Below, piece by piece: positions 31,280 through 41,701 of a DNA stretch of 64,000 bases. The stretch is from Sedimentisphaerales bacterium (lineage in GTDB: Bacteria; Planctomycetota; Phycisphaerae; Sedimentisphaerales; Anaerobacaceae). The notes beneath the pieces are model-generated. The model was not told the DNA's origin. It saw only the letters and a list, made by a program, of their open reading frames with translations, and ran no database searches. The stretch's first letter is position 1; each line of letters begins with the position of its first letter. The position numbers and the translations under genes are program-made. Location: assembly GCA_040772485.1 (NCBI GenBank), contig JAXGYC010000007.1, positions 1-64,000 on the forward strand, written 5' to 3'.

Positions 31280-32510
31280 GGCCGGCCTCTCCGTCCTTCG
31301 GTCGTTCGCGGGGCTTCTCCGTCGCGGGCGGCGCCGTCTTGCCCGTCAAGGCGTCGAGAACGCTCTTGTTGACCTGCCCGGTGTCGCGGGATTCGGCCAC
31401 CTCGGCGGCCGATGGTTTGGCCGGCGCGACGTGCTCCGTATGTGGGGTCCCACCAGGCCGGGTCAGTTTGCTGAGCAGGTCCCGGTCGGGTTTCGCTACC
31501 TGCGTTTCGACCGGCTTGATCGGCTCCGTGCTGGGCGGCGCGGCCGGCTGGTCCTGCGACACCGGCGCCGAAACGAGCTTATCGAGAATGCTCGCCTGGG
31601 ACTTTTCCGCCATCAGGAAGTCGCCGATCTGCGTCGTGCTGACGGCGCCGCTGGTCGGCCTGGCCTGCTGCTGCGCCTCGACCACCGTATTGATGAAGAA
31701 CGTTTCGAGCTTCTCCATCGGGCTGGTGATTTCCCATTCGGCGTGTTCTTCTTCGAGGATGTGTCCGATCCTCTCGACCGCCGTCTCACTGACGGCGCTG
31801 GTGACAATCTGCCGCTTGCCGTTCTGTTGCAGCAGCTCACGCACCTGGCCTTCGGCCTGGACTTTGCCGCCGTAGAGAATCGCGATTCGGTCGCACACGT
31901 CCTCGACGTCGGCCAAGAGGTGACTGCAGAGCAGAATCGTCTTGCCCCGTTCGGCCAGCTTGAGGATCAGGTCTTTGATCTGCCGGGTCCCGATGGGGTC
32001 CAGGCCGGTCGTCGGTTCGTCGAGGATCAACAGGTCGGGATCGTTGATCAGCGCCTGGGCCAGACCGATGCGGCGGGCCATGCCTTTGGAGTAGGTGCCG
32101 ATCGGCCGGCTGGCCACCGCTTTGAGGCCGACCATCTCCAGCAGGGCCTCGATCCGCATCTTGCGGACCTTGGGAGCCAGCCCGAAGAGCCGCCCGTAGA
32201 AATCGAGGGTCTCGCGGGCATTGAGAAACCGGTACAGATACGACTCCTCCGGAAGGAAGCCGATTCGCGTGTTGATCTTCGGGTCGGTGCCGTCGCCGCC
32301 GAGCAGCAGCGCGTGACCTTTGGTCGGGTGCAGCAGGCCCAGCAGCATTTTGATCGTGGTCGTCTTGCCCGATCCGTTCGGTCCCAGCAGGCCGAAGACC
32401 TCGTTGTGCCGAATCTGGAGATTGAGGTCGTCGACCGCGTAAACCTTGGCGCGGCCCCACCAGTCGGAAAAGACCTTCGTCAGCGAAATTGTCTCAACGG
32501 CGTAATCCAT
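31272..32510 (-). CDS. ABC transporter ATP-binding protein with disordered C-terminal tail
   Basis: GPNGSGKTT, YSKGM signature, ILDEPT, SH switch. Confidence 0.95.
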   Translation of the reverse strand: MDYAVETISLTKVFSDWWGRAKVYAVDDLNLQIRHNEVFGLLGPNGSGKTTTIKMLLGLLHPTKGHALLLGGDGTDPKINTRIGFLPEESYLYRFLNARETLDFYGRLFGLAPKVRKMRIEALLEMVGLKAVASRPIGTYSKGMARRIGLAQALINDPDLLILDEPTTGLDPIGTRQIKDLILKLAERGKTILLCSHLLADVEDVCDRIAILYGGKVQAEGQVRELLQQNGKRQIVTSAVSETAVERIGHILEEEHAEWEITSPMEKLETFFINTVVEAQQQARPTSGAVSTTQIGDFLMAEKSQASILDKLVSAPVSQDQPAAPPSTEPIKPVETQVAKPDRDLLSKLTRPGGTPHTEHVAPAKPSAAEVAESRDTGQVNKSVLDALTGKTAPPATEKPRERPKDGEAGHE

Positions 32511-32566
32511 AATCTACCGCACGCTATCCAAACAAACCATCAAGGGGCGGGACGGTCGCCGCCGCT

Positions 32567-34513
32567 TCACGCCTCCAACGAGGGCGATCCAACGGGATGT
32601 GAATCGTGGTCGAGGTCTTCGCCGTACCGCACCAGCCGGGCACTGTTGAACACCACCACCAGCGAACTGGCAAAATGCAGGAACGCCGCTACGCTGGGCG
32701 GGATGAACTTGGCCAGAGAGATGCCAAACACGATGAACGCAATGCCAAAACCCAGGTTCTGGTTGATGACCCGGCGGGTCCGGCGCGAAACCTGGACCAG
32801 GAACGGGATGCGGCGCAGGTCGTTGTTCATCAGGGCGATAGAGGCCGAGTTGATCGCGACGTCGCTTCCGGCCGCTCCCATGGCGATGCCGAGATCGCCC
32901 GCGGCCAGGGCCGGCGCATCGTTGATGCCGTCGCCGACCACGACGACCGTGTGCCCGTCTCGCTTGATCTGCTCGACAATGGCCAGCTTGTCCTGCGGCA
33001 GGCAGTGGGCCTTGTAGTCGGTGCAGCCCAGTTCGCCGGCGACGCGATTGGCGACTTCGCTGCGGTCGCCCGTGAGCATAGTCACCCGTTTGATGCCGAT
33101 GTCGACCAGTTCCTTGACCGCCCTCTGGGCCTCGGGACGCGTCTTGTCCTGGAGACCGATCCAGCCGATACACCGTGCGTTTTTGGCCACGTACAACGTG
33201 CTGAAGCCCTGCTCTTCATCCAGGGCAGGGTCGGTGATACCGGCAAAATCAACGCCGTTCTCCTTGAGAAACGTCTCCCGGCCGACCAGGATCCGCGACG
33301 AATTGACGGTCGCGGTAACACCCTTGCCCGGTGTTTCCTGGAAGCCTTCTGCCACCGGCAGCGACAGATTGGCCTCCTTGGCCACGTCGTGCAGGGCGCG
33401 GGCCGCCGGGTGCTTGCTCAACTGTTCCGCCGCCGCCGCTTCGGCCAGCAGCTCGGCCGGCTCGACCCCCTCGGCGGGCGTCAGCTTCGTCACGTAGAGC
33501 CGTCCGGTCGTGACGGTGCCCGTCTTGTCGAAGACCAGCGCCGTCATCTTGCCCGCGATCTCCAGATCGGCCACGTTCTTGACCAGTACGCCCAACCTTG
33601 CGGCGGCGGAAATCGCCGCGACCATCGCCGTCGGAGTCGCCAGAATGATCGCACAAGGGCAGGAGATGACCAGAATGGTGATCGCCTGGTTGATGTCCCG
33701 CGTGAAGAACAGCACGATCGCCGCGATCATCAGGATGGTCGGCACATACCACGTGATATAGCGGTCGATGATCCGCATGATCGGGATCTTCGTGTGCTCG
33801 GCCTGCATGATCAGCGACTGGACCTTGCCGAGAGTAGTGTCGTGGCCGGCCTTGGTGACCCGGATGTCCATCGCGCCGGTCAGGTTGTTCGTGCCGGCGA
33901 AGACCTGCATGCCCGGAACCTTGTCGACGGGCAGCGACTCGCCCGTGATCGTCGCTTCGTTGACGGAGCTCAGGCCGGTGGCCACCTCGCCATCGGCCGG
34001 GATGTTGTCACCCGGACGGACACGGATCAGGTCCCCCGGCTTCAGCGCGCTGACCTTGACCTCCTGTTCGACGCCGTCGACGCTGACGAGATTCGCCCTG
34101 GTCGGCGTCAATTTGATCAGCGACTCGATGGACGCACGCGCGCCCAGCGCGGTGCGGGTCTCGATCAGTTCGCTGAGCAGCATGAAGAAGCCGATCAGGC
34201 CGGCCGCCACATATTCGCCGGTGGCGAACGCCGCCACGATGCCCAGCGCCGCCAGCTCATCCATGTGCGATTCGCCTCGAATCAGGCTCAGGATCGCATG
34301 GACGACGATCGGCAGCCCCAGCAGCAGCGCGCCGAGCATGGCGAAGATCTCGGTGTTGAAGCTGTCGGGTCCGTAGATGAAGCGGCCGATGCCGCTGTTG
34401 ATCAGGAGGACCCCGCCCGCCAGAGTCCCCAACAGCGCGAGACTGACTCGCAGTTGCTGGCCTCGGGTCTCCTCGGCGGTGTCGTGCTGCAGGTGTAAAT
34501 GCTCATGAGCCAT
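32567..34513 (-). CDS. P1B-type (heavy metal) P-type ATPase
   Basis: TGES, SCPC, DKTGT, HP, GDGINDAP; His-rich N-terminus. Confidence 0.93.
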   Translation of the reverse strand: MAHEHLHLQHDTAEETRGQQLRVSLALLGTLAGGVLLINSGIGRFIYGPDSFNTEIFAMLGALLLGLPIVVHAILSLIRGESHMDELAALGIVAAFATGEYVAAGLIGFFMLLSELIETRTALGARASIESLIKLTPTRANLVSVDGVEQEVKVSALKPGDLIRVRPGDNIPADGEVATGLSSVNEATITGESLPVDKVPGMQVFAGTNNLTGAMDIRVTKAGHDTTLGKVQSLIMQAEHTKIPIMRIIDRYITWYVPTILMIAAIVLFFTRDINQAITILVISCPCAIILATPTAMVAAISAAARLGVLVKNVADLEIAGKMTALVFDKTGTVTTGRLYVTKLTPAEGVEPAELLAEAAAAEQLSKHPAARALHDVAKEANLSLPVAEGFQETPGKGVTATVNSSRILVGRETFLKENGVDFAGITDPALDEEQGFSTLYVAKNARCIGWIGLQDKTRPEAQRAVKELVDIGIKRVTMLTGDRSEVANRVAGELGCTDYKAHCLPQDKLAIVEQIKRDGHTVVVVGDGINDAPALAAGDLGIAMGAAGSDVAINSASIALMNNDLRRIPFLVQVSRRTRRVINQNLGFGIAFIVFGISLAKFIPPSVAAFLHFASSLVVVFNSARLVRYGEDLDHDSHPVGSPSLEA

Positions 34514-34549
34514 AGTTACGTTCTCGTCCTTTGACGGGAGTGCGACGGT

Positions 34550-35893
34550 CTATCTCATCGTCGGTGTCGGTTCCGTTGCCTTGGGTTTGAGGGTGGGGTC
34601 CCGGTTGATCAGAATGCGGACCTCCCGCCCCTGGGCAATCTCGGTCGGGTCCAGAATGAACTTCTCGTCGGCGTCGTCGAGCACTTTCTGGATCGCATCG
34701 AAGTAGATCCCCTGGGCTACCAGCTCGGGCCACTTTCGATACTCGGGCAGGAGGCTGGTCAGGTAGGTGGCGCTGGCCTTGGCGTCTTCGACCACCTTGG
34801 TTCGATAGGCCTGGGCCTGGGCAACGGTGTTCTGTGCCCGGCCGGCCACCTGCGACCACAGGGTCTCCAACTGATCCTCCGGCGTGTCGGAGGCCATCAG
34901 GGCGCGGTACAGCGATTCGGCCACCTGTCCGGCGGCATCGGTCAGCGTCTGCTCGGCGTAATTTCTCGCATCGCTGATCGCCAGGCCGCTCTTCTGGCTG
35001 GCGGCGATGTAAGCCTGAAAGGCGGCGTCCACCTGCTGCGGCCACGTGGCCGCCACGAGCTGGACCTTGGTCACGCGGATGCCGCTGTCGATGGCGTCGA
35101 GCTTCTGCTGAGTGAGTTGTTCGACGTGACGCGGAATGGTGTCGGTGCTCTGAAGCGCTTCATCGATGGTGTATTGGACCATGGCCGTGACCACCGAGTC
35201 CTCGACCACGCTCTTGAGCAACGGCGTGATCGACTCCTTCATGATGTCGAAATAGATCTGCCCGGGCCTGGCCGCCGGAACGTAAGCATTCGTGTAAAAC
35301 TGTTCGATGTTGCCGATCTGGTAATCGATCTTCCACTGCGTATGAACGATGCTGTAGTCGCTGCCTTCGCTGTCGGCGGCCCCCCGGCCGGAAATGCCCT
35401 GTGCAACGACCGCGCGGACTTCGTCCGTCCGGCTCCGGGTAAGGCTGTATCCTTCGGTCAGCGGGTTGAGCTTCTCCGGCACGAGATTGCGCGGCTTGGG
35501 CCCTTCGCCAAGGATGTCGTTGCGCGTCTGCTTGTACCAGAACGAGGTGATGGGCAGGCTGATCTGCGCCTCGACCGGAATCTTGACCAGCTCATCGATG
35601 GGATAGGGGAAAACCCAGTGCCAGCCGGGCCCCAGGACGCGCTCTTCGCCTACGCCGCGAATGGCGCCGAAGCGCAGGACCATCGCCTTCTCCCCGGAGT
35701 CGACCGTCTTGAAGCCCGAGATCAGAAAGGCAATGACCAGCACGATCATGATGATCTTGAGAATGAAGAAGCTCAGCCGCAGCGCATCGGAGAGCGACTT
35801 TCCCGCCGCATCCAGCTCGCGCGTCGGCGCCGTGTCGTGCTCGTGCGGCTCATCGTGGCTGTGCCCATGTGCGTGTTCGTGTCTATGTGCCAT
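34550..35893 (-). CDS. HflK-like SPFH protein with His-rich N-terminus
   Basis: MAHRHEHAHGHSHDEPHEH, one TM, VLRFG..PGWHWVFPYPI band-7 domain, Ala-rich coiled coil. Confidence 0.85.
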   Translation of the reverse strand: MAHRHEHAHGHSHDEPHEHDTAPTRELDAAGKSLSDALRLSFFILKIIMIVLVIAFLISGFKTVDSGEKAMVLRFGAIRGVGEERVLGPGWHWVFPYPIDELVKIPVEAQISLPITSFWYKQTRNDILGEGPKPRNLVPEKLNPLTEGYSLTRSRTDEVRAVVAQGISGRGAADSEGSDYSIVHTQWKIDYQIGNIEQFYTNAYVPAARPGQIYFDIMKESITPLLKSVVEDSVVTAMVQYTIDEALQSTDTIPRHVEQLTQQKLDAIDSGIRVTKVQLVAATWPQQVDAAFQAYIAASQKSGLAISDARNYAEQTLTDAAGQVAESLYRALMASDTPEDQLETLWSQVAGRAQNTVAQAQAYRTKVVEDAKASATYLTSLLPEYRKWPELVAQGIYFDAIQKVLDDADEKFILDPTEIAQGREVRILINRDPTLKPKATEPTPTMR

Positions 35894-35938
35894 ACATCCT
35901 CAGAGACAAACGCAGTGAACGATGCGTCCGGCGTCGGG

Positions 35939-36835
35939 TCAATTCGACGATTCCAGCGACGGCCTTTCCCGAAGGTACTTGAACGGCTCGACGTCGCTCG
36001 GGATGACGATCGTTGAATTCTCGCCCAGCGCCTGCAACGCCTCAAGGTTACGCAGGAACATGGCCAGTTCCGGCGCCTCTTGCAGCATCTTGTAGTACTG
36101 GGCGGCCTCGGCGTCACCTCGGCCGCGGATCGCCTTGGCCCGTCCTTCGGCCGCCGCCAGCAACGCCGTTCTCTTGACGTCCGCATCGGTCCGGATCGTG
36201 GTGGCTGCCGCGTTGCCTTGCGCAATGGTCGCCTCGGTCCGGCGGCGACGCTCGGCCCGCATCCGCTCGAAGACGTCCTTCGTGACGTCCTCGCTGATCT
36301 TGAGCTGCTTGATCCCGAGCGTCTTGATCTCGATGCCGTAATCGTTTCGCACCGGCTCCTGAAGGTCTTTGAGCATCTCCACCTGAATGTCGGCGAGCTT
36401 GATCTTCTCGGGATCGCTGTTGACGAACTCGCTGAAGGTATGCTGGCCGATCACGCGGTTCTGGGCGTTGTTGAGCCGATACCGAATGGCGTCGTTGGCG
36501 TCGGCGACCGTGCCCACGGCGTTGAGGAACTTCAGCGGCTCGGCCACCCGCCAGACGACGTACGTCGTCACGATGATGGAGATCTGCTCTCTCGTCGTGG
36601 TCTCAGCCGGCGGGACATCGAGGACCCTCATGCGCGAGTCGAACCGGTGGACGCGTTCGATCGGTGCGGGCCACTTGAAGTACAGGCCGGGCCTGGTGAT
36701 CTCGCGGTCTTCCAGCGGCTTGCCGAATCGCGTGATGAAGGCGGACTCCGTCTCGCGGACCTGAAACGAAACGAGATAGAGCGCCATGATGGCGAAGATG
36801 ACGGCAATCAGTACGGGAATGGCGATCTTCTTCAT
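35939..36835 (-). CDS. hflC: HflC-like SPFH protein
   Basis: TRFGKP..PGLYFKWP, VFERMRAER, AIRGRGDAEAA. Confidence 0.88.
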   Translation of the reverse strand: MKKIAIPVLIAVIFAIMALYLVSFQVRETESAFITRFGKPLEDREITRPGLYFKWPAPIERVHRFDSRMRVLDVPPAETTTREQISIIVTTYVVWRVAEPLKFLNAVGTVADANDAIRYRLNNAQNRVIGQHTFSEFVNSDPEKIKLADIQVEMLKDLQEPVRNDYGIEIKTLGIKQLKISEDVTKDVFERMRAERRRRTEATIAQGNAAATTIRTDADVKRTALLAAAEGRAKAIRGRGDAEAAQYYKMLQEAPELAMFLRNLEALQALGENSTIVIPSDVEPFKYLRERPSLESSN

Positions 36836-38904
36836 TATCGGATAGTCTCCTCTAAGCCCGTCATGTCCAACAGATTGGTCGGCGGTTTGTCCTGAAGGTC
36901 CATGATGATGACCTGCCGGTCGTTGGGATCGACAGCGATGATGTATTTGCGCACGTCGGGCAGCACCTCTTCCAGCGCCGCCAGACGTTGCTCCTGCAGG
37001 TAAATGTCCGGGGCCGCCCGGTAGGCAGCGACCTGCCCGGCGAACCGCTCGCCTGTTGCACGGGCCAGCGTGGCTTTCTCAAAGGCATAGCTCTGGGCCT
37101 CTCGCAGGGTCTGGAAGATGCCCCCTTTGGCCTGCGCCAGCGCCTCGTCGAACTGTTTGCCCAGCCGCTCGACGTCTTCGGCGCGTCCCTCCGTTTGGGC
37201 CTTCTGGTACTGCGTCGCCAGGTCGGCCAGCTCGTAGGCCTTCTCCACCGAGCCGACCAGCGTGCTCAGGATTGCGTTTCGGTCCGCCTCGGCGTTAAGG
37301 ACGAGGGCGTACTTCTTTTGAACGGCGCCGATGACCGCTTGATAGTCCGGCGCCACCTCGGGCGGCGGGTGGATGCCCTGCACACCCAGGAACACCACCT
37401 CGATGCCCAGCCCCTGGCCGTCGGCGGCCTTCTGAATCCTATCGGTAAGGATCTCTTTGGCCTTGGTTCGACCGGCGCCCAGAAGGCTCTCGCTGGCTGC
37501 CTGGCCCGAGTCGCCGACATCGACCTCAATCCCGGCACCGGCCGCAAAATGTGTGAGTTCGCGGTAGGCAATGTCCTCCAGCAATCTCGCCGGGTCGCTG
37601 TGTCCATAGATGTATGCGTAAAGGTCCTTGATGCGATACTGGATCGGGATGTTCGCCTTCACCAGGCTGACCGGCACCGCCCCCTCTCCCAGCGCCTCGC
37701 CGGTCTGTTCGCTGGCGACCAGGAAGCTGAACTCGCTCTCGTAATGGGTCTGGCCCCACAGAAGCGAAGGTTCCGTCAGCACTCGGCCCGTCTTGGGGTC
37801 GGTCTTGGGAACGTATCCGACATGGATTTCCAGAATCTGCTTGGTGGGATACTTGTAGGCGATGTCGATCGGCCAAGGCAGCTTGAGGTGAAGTCCCGGC
37901 TTGAAATCGCGAACCTGCCCGTCGCCGGTCAGCGGATTGCCGAACCGCTCTACGATCGCCTCCTCGTTGGGCAACACCACGACGATGCAACTGGCCAGAT
38001 ACAGGGTCAGCGCCGAGAACAAAATCAGAGGCACGACCGCCTTCTCCAGGAGCTTGTAGAACCACGTCTGAGAAACCTGGAAGCCGAACTGGTAGTCGAT
38101 CGCGGCCGCCAGACTGCGGAAGACGCCCCCAGGCTCGTTGATGATGCCGAGCAGGCGGCTGTCGAACGCCGCCCGGCTGTACTGGCCTTTCAACCGCGGC
38201 CGGTAGATATCCAGCACCGTGTTCAAAGCCGTCTCAGCGCCCAGCAGGATCAGCAGGATCGGCACCACGTAGCCCACGACCAACAGCGGGACGTGAAACT
38301 GGAAGTGCGTGCCGGCCAGGCACAAGGCCAGGGCAAAGCACACCACCGCGATGCCAAGCAGGTAGCTGCCGCCCGCCCGCAGCGGCTTCCAGGCCGGCTC
38401 GGCGGACATTCCCGTGGCGTATCGCGACAGCAGAAAACTGACGAACGCCACCACGGTCATCAGGATGGCACAGACCAGCGGCTGCTGCGTCGTCGATGGA
38501 GCTCGGCCGAGACTGCGGAGCAGATACAGGCCCAACGCAATCTCATAGACCGCGATGAGCACGCCGAAGATGGGGATGAACCACCTCTCCAGCAGGTCGA
38601 GGCGGCGCTGGGCGGCCGCAAACAAGGTGGCCCGTTCCCCCTTGCCTTCGAACAGGGTCGAGCCGCTCTTGTCCTGGGCCAACTGCGTCATGTCCAGACG
38701 TTCTTGCTCGGCCAGGCCTCGCTGGTGAAACTGGATGGCCAGAACCAGCCAGATCAGCGCCGCGCCGAGGATCTGCCAGGCCACGGCCGAGACCGCGAAG
38801 TACCCGCTCCAGCGACCGAGAAAGAAGGTGATGCCAAAGAAGACCAGGCTTAAGACCAGGCAAGCCCAAGCCACGTGTTCGGGACGTTTGGACGATGCTG
38901 TCAT
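36835..38904 (-). CDS. HflK-like SPFH protein fused to a multi-TM N-terminal domain
   Basis: About 7 TM segments then ERFG..PGLHLKLPWPID and IHPPPEV. Confidence 0.85.
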   Translation of the reverse strand: MTASSKRPEHVAWACLVLSLVFFGITFFLGRWSGYFAVSAVAWQILGAALIWLVLAIQFHQRGLAEQERLDMTQLAQDKSGSTLFEGKGERATLFAAAQRRLDLLERWFIPIFGVLIAVYEIALGLYLLRSLGRAPSTTQQPLVCAILMTVVAFVSFLLSRYATGMSAEPAWKPLRAGGSYLLGIAVVCFALALCLAGTHFQFHVPLLVVGYVVPILLILLGAETALNTVLDIYRPRLKGQYSRAAFDSRLLGIINEPGGVFRSLAAAIDYQFGFQVSQTWFYKLLEKAVVPLILFSALTLYLASCIVVVLPNEEAIVERFGNPLTGDGQVRDFKPGLHLKLPWPIDIAYKYPTKQILEIHVGYVPKTDPKTGRVLTEPSLLWGQTHYESEFSFLVASEQTGEALGEGAVPVSLVKANIPIQYRIKDLYAYIYGHSDPARLLEDIAYRELTHFAAGAGIEVDVGDSGQAASESLLGAGRTKAKEILTDRIQKAADGQGLGIEVVFLGVQGIHPPPEVAPDYQAVIGAVQKKYALVLNAEADRNAILSTLVGSVEKAYELADLATQYQKAQTEGRAEDVERLGKQFDEALAQAKGGIFQTLREAQSYAFEKATLARATGERFAGQVAAYRAAPDIYLQEQRLAALEEVLPDVRKYIIAVDPNDRQVIIMDLQDKPPTNLLDMTGLEETIR

Positions 38905-39107
38905 TTTGCGCTTCGGCTCCCGACGACGAACAAAAATCCGCTGTGCCAGTATCTACTCATCGAAGACCTTCGCCCTTTACAAACAAGAGGCTGGGTACTA
39001 TAACCCGGAATCTCAGTGTCGTGTAGTGACAATCACGAAAAAATGTGCCCCCACGTGCCGGCCGACGGAAAGACATGGACGGATGCGTGAAAACGTCAGG
39101 ACCACAC

Positions 39108-40073
39108 ATGCTCAATAAGCTCGCTGCCATCGCTCGGAACACGTTCGTCGAAACCATTCGCCAGCCCGTGTACGCCGTCATCATTGGGGTCGCCCTTCTG
39201 TTGTTTTTGCTCAGCCCGTCCCTGTCCATGTATACCATGGACGACGACAACAAGCTCTTACGCGAGATAGGCTTGTCTACGCTGTTTCTGGCCAGCTTGT
39301 TCGTGGCAATCTTCTCCGCCTCGGGCGCGGTGGCGGTCGAGCTGGAAAACAAGACGATCCTGACCGTGCTGACCAAGCCGGTTCAGCGTCCCCTGTTCGT
39401 GGCAGCCAAGTTCCTCGGCGTGGTTGCGGCGGTCGGCGTCGCGCACTACGTCTGCACCATCGCCCTGCTCATGTCGATCCGGCACGGGGTGCTCGAGACC
39501 GCCTCCGACACGCACGACTGGACCGTCGTCGGCGCCGCGGCGGTGATCGCGGTGGCCACCATCCTGCTGAGCACCTTCTTCAATTACACGTATGACTGGA
39601 AGTTCACCTCGACGGCGGTGATCGTCCTGGCCATACTCGCCACGTTCGGCATGATCTTTCTCGCGTTCATCGATCGCGACTGGCAGTTCAATCCGGCCAA
39701 GAACGGGATCAACGCGCTGGACGTGTACGGCTCGATCCTGCTGTTTCTGGCGGCCGTCATCATCGCCGCTTTGGCCGTGGCGATCTCGTCCCGCTTCAAC
39801 ACAGTGGTGACCCTCTCGGCGTGCGTCGGTCTGTTCCTTCTGGGACTGACCAGCGATTACATCTTCGGCCGCTTCGCCGCAACCCATCTGTGGGCCAGAA
39901 TCGGTCGCTTCCTCGTGCCCAACCTCCAGGTCTTCTGGATCAGCGACGCGATCTACGAGGGCAGCGCCGTCCCGGCCAAGTACATCCTCGTCGGCGGCCT
40001 GTACGCTCTATGCTACGCCACCGGCATCCTCGCCTTGGCCGTGGCGCTGTTCCAGAGACGCCAGGTCGGCTGA
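39108..40073 (+). CDS. ABC transporter permease (ABC-2-like)
   Basis: IARNTFVETIRQP, TKPVQRPLFVAAKFLG; similar to 29906-31279. Confidence 0.85.
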   Translation: MLNKLAAIARNTFVETIRQPVYAVIIGVALLLFLLSPSLSMYTMDDDNKLLREIGLSTLFLASLFVAIFSASGAVAVELENKTILTVLTKPVQRPLFVAAKFLGVVAAVGVAHYVCTIALLMSIRHGVLETASDTHDWTVVGAAAVIAVATILLSTFFNYTYDWKFTSTAVIVLAILATFGMIFLAFIDRDWQFNPAKNGINALDVYGSILLFLAAVIIAALAVAISSRFNTVVTLSACVGLFLLGLTSDYIFGRFAATHLWARIGRFLVPNLQVFWISDAIYEGSAVPAKYILVGGLYALCYATGILALAVALFQRRQVG

Positions 40074-40088
40074 AAAGAAAGACCGCCC

Positions 40089-40553
40089 TCAGGACCCATT
40101 GGCCAGCGATCTGGCCACCGCGATTTCGTCGCATTCCTGCTGTTTCGGACACCGGGCACAATCGCTCCAGACCTTCATGGGAAGATCCTCTTTGGGTACG
40201 ACGGCGAATCCGATGCGCTCGAAGAACCGCGGCTCCAGCGTCAACGCGAAAACGCGAGGCACGCCGAGGTCTCTGGCCTGCTCGACCATAGCCTCGACCA
40301 GAGCCCGTCCGAGTCCCTGGCCCTTGTGGGCCGGCGCCACCGCCAACGACTTGATCTCCGCCAGGTCCGACCAGATGATCTCCAGAGCGCAGCAGCCGAC
40401 CACCGTATCGTCCTCCTCCGCCACCAGGAACATCTGGAGGTTCTCATAGATCTCCGCCAGCGAGCGGAAGAGCATCTTGTCGTGCTCGGCGTAACAGTTG
40501 ATCAGGGCAGAGATCGCCCGGGCATCCGGAATCTTCGCGTTTCGCACTTTCAT
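40089..40553 (-). CDS. GNAT N-acetyltransferase (short ArgA-like)
   Basis: LAEIKSLAV..KGQGLG, VFALT, LPMKVWSDCARCPK. Confidence 0.85.
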   Translation of the reverse strand: MKVRNAKIPDARAISALINCYAEHDKMLFRSLAEIYENLQMFLVAEEDDTVVGCCALEIIWSDLAEIKSLAVAPAHKGQGLGRALVEAMVEQARDLGVPRVFALTLEPRFFERIGFAVVPKEDLPMKVWSDCARCPKQQECDEIAVARSLANGS

Positions 40554-40639
40554 ATGGCCGCGCAGTATACCGACCGGGCGGTTTTCCTGCAACGGCGATT
40601 CCGCGATGCCCGACCGTACGCAAAAAACCGAAAAAAGGA

Positions 40640-40668
40640 CTGGCAAAAGCGTTCGAGGCTACTACAAT
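40640..40668 (+). promoter_or_regulatory. Putative sigma70 promoter of the fab/PKS-like cluster
   Basis: CTGGCA-17-TACAAT with upstream A-tracts. Confidence 0.45.
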
Positions 40669-40701
40669 AGCGCGGATTTGGGGCCGGATGGCGTTAGTGG
40701 A

Positions 40702-41175
40702 ATGAAATTCGTACTGATTGACAAGATCGTGTCGTTGGAGACGGGGCGCCGTCTTAGTGCGGTCAAGAACGTGTCGCTGGCGGAAGAGTATCTGGCCGAT
40801 CACTTTCCCACGTTTCCTGTCTTGCCCGGCGTGTTGTTGCTGGAAGGGCTGGTAGAGTCGGCCGGCTGGCTCGTGCGGACGAAGGAAGACTTCGCCCACA
40901 GCATGGTGTTGCTGGAACTGGCACGCAACGTCAAGTACAAGAGCTTCCTGGCTCCCGGCTCCCAGGTGGTGTACACCGTGGAAGCCAGGACCATCGAGGA
41001 ACGCGTCAGCAGCTTCACCGGCTCCGGCACGGTCGACGGCATGACGATCCTGGAGGCCCGATTCGGTCTGAGGCACTTCAACCTGGCCGAGCGGAATCCC
41101 GCGTGGGCCGCGGTCGACGCCCAGATCAAGGAAGAGATGAAGAATCGATACAGGCTGCTGTCTGTGCAGAACTGA
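40702..41175 (+). CDS. FabZ-like hotdog dehydratase
   Basis: KNVSLAEEYLADHFPTFPVLPGVLLLE. Confidence 0.9.
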   Translation: MKFVLIDKIVSLETGRRLSAVKNVSLAEEYLADHFPTFPVLPGVLLLEGLVESAGWLVRTKEDFAHSMVLLELARNVKYKSFLAPGSQVVYTVEARTIEERVSSFTGSGTVDGMTILEARFGLRHFNLAERNPAWAAVDAQIKEEMKNRYRLLSVQN

Positions 41176-41234
41176 ACCACGCGTGTAACGAAACGGATTT
41201 TGACAGGATTGCAGGACCGGAGGTACCAGAAGCC

Positions 41235-41630
41235 ATGGCGATGAGTCGCGACGAGATTTTTCAGAAGGTCCAGGAGGTGTTGGTCGATGCCTTGGGGGCG
41301 GACGAGGAGGAGGTCACTGCCGATGCCACGCTCATGGGGGATCTCGGCGCCGAGAGCATCGATTTCCTGGATATCGTGTTTCGCCTGGAGAAGGCGTTTG
41401 GGATCAAGGTGCCGCGAGAGGAGCTGTTTCCTGCGGAGAGCCTGCTGAACAATCCCGAACTCGTCAGCAACGGCAAACTGACGGCCCAAGGCCTGGCAGA
41501 GCTGCGAGCCAGCGTACCCCACACCGATCTGACCGAGTTCGAAAAGAACCCGGACATCAACAAGCTGGCCAATCTGTTCACCGTCAATGCCATCGTCAAT
41601 TACATCGACGGCAAGATCAACGGCGCCTGA
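41235..41630 (+). CDS. Acyl carrier protein (extended, ~131 aa)
   Basis: DLGAESIDFLDIVFRLEKAFGI with the phosphopantetheine Ser; GGAGG RBS. Confidence 0.9.
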   Translation: MAMSRDEIFQKVQEVLVDALGADEEEVTADATLMGDLGAESIDFLDIVFRLEKAFGIKVPREELFPAESLLNNPELVSNGKLTAQGLAELRASVPHTDLTEFEKNPDINKLANLFTVNAIVNYIDGKINGA

Positions 41631-41701
41631 GCCGCAGACGTCTCCGGCACAACGGACCGCCGCAGGACCGCCCGGGCGCGCCCGGCGGGTGTAGGTCGCT
41701 C

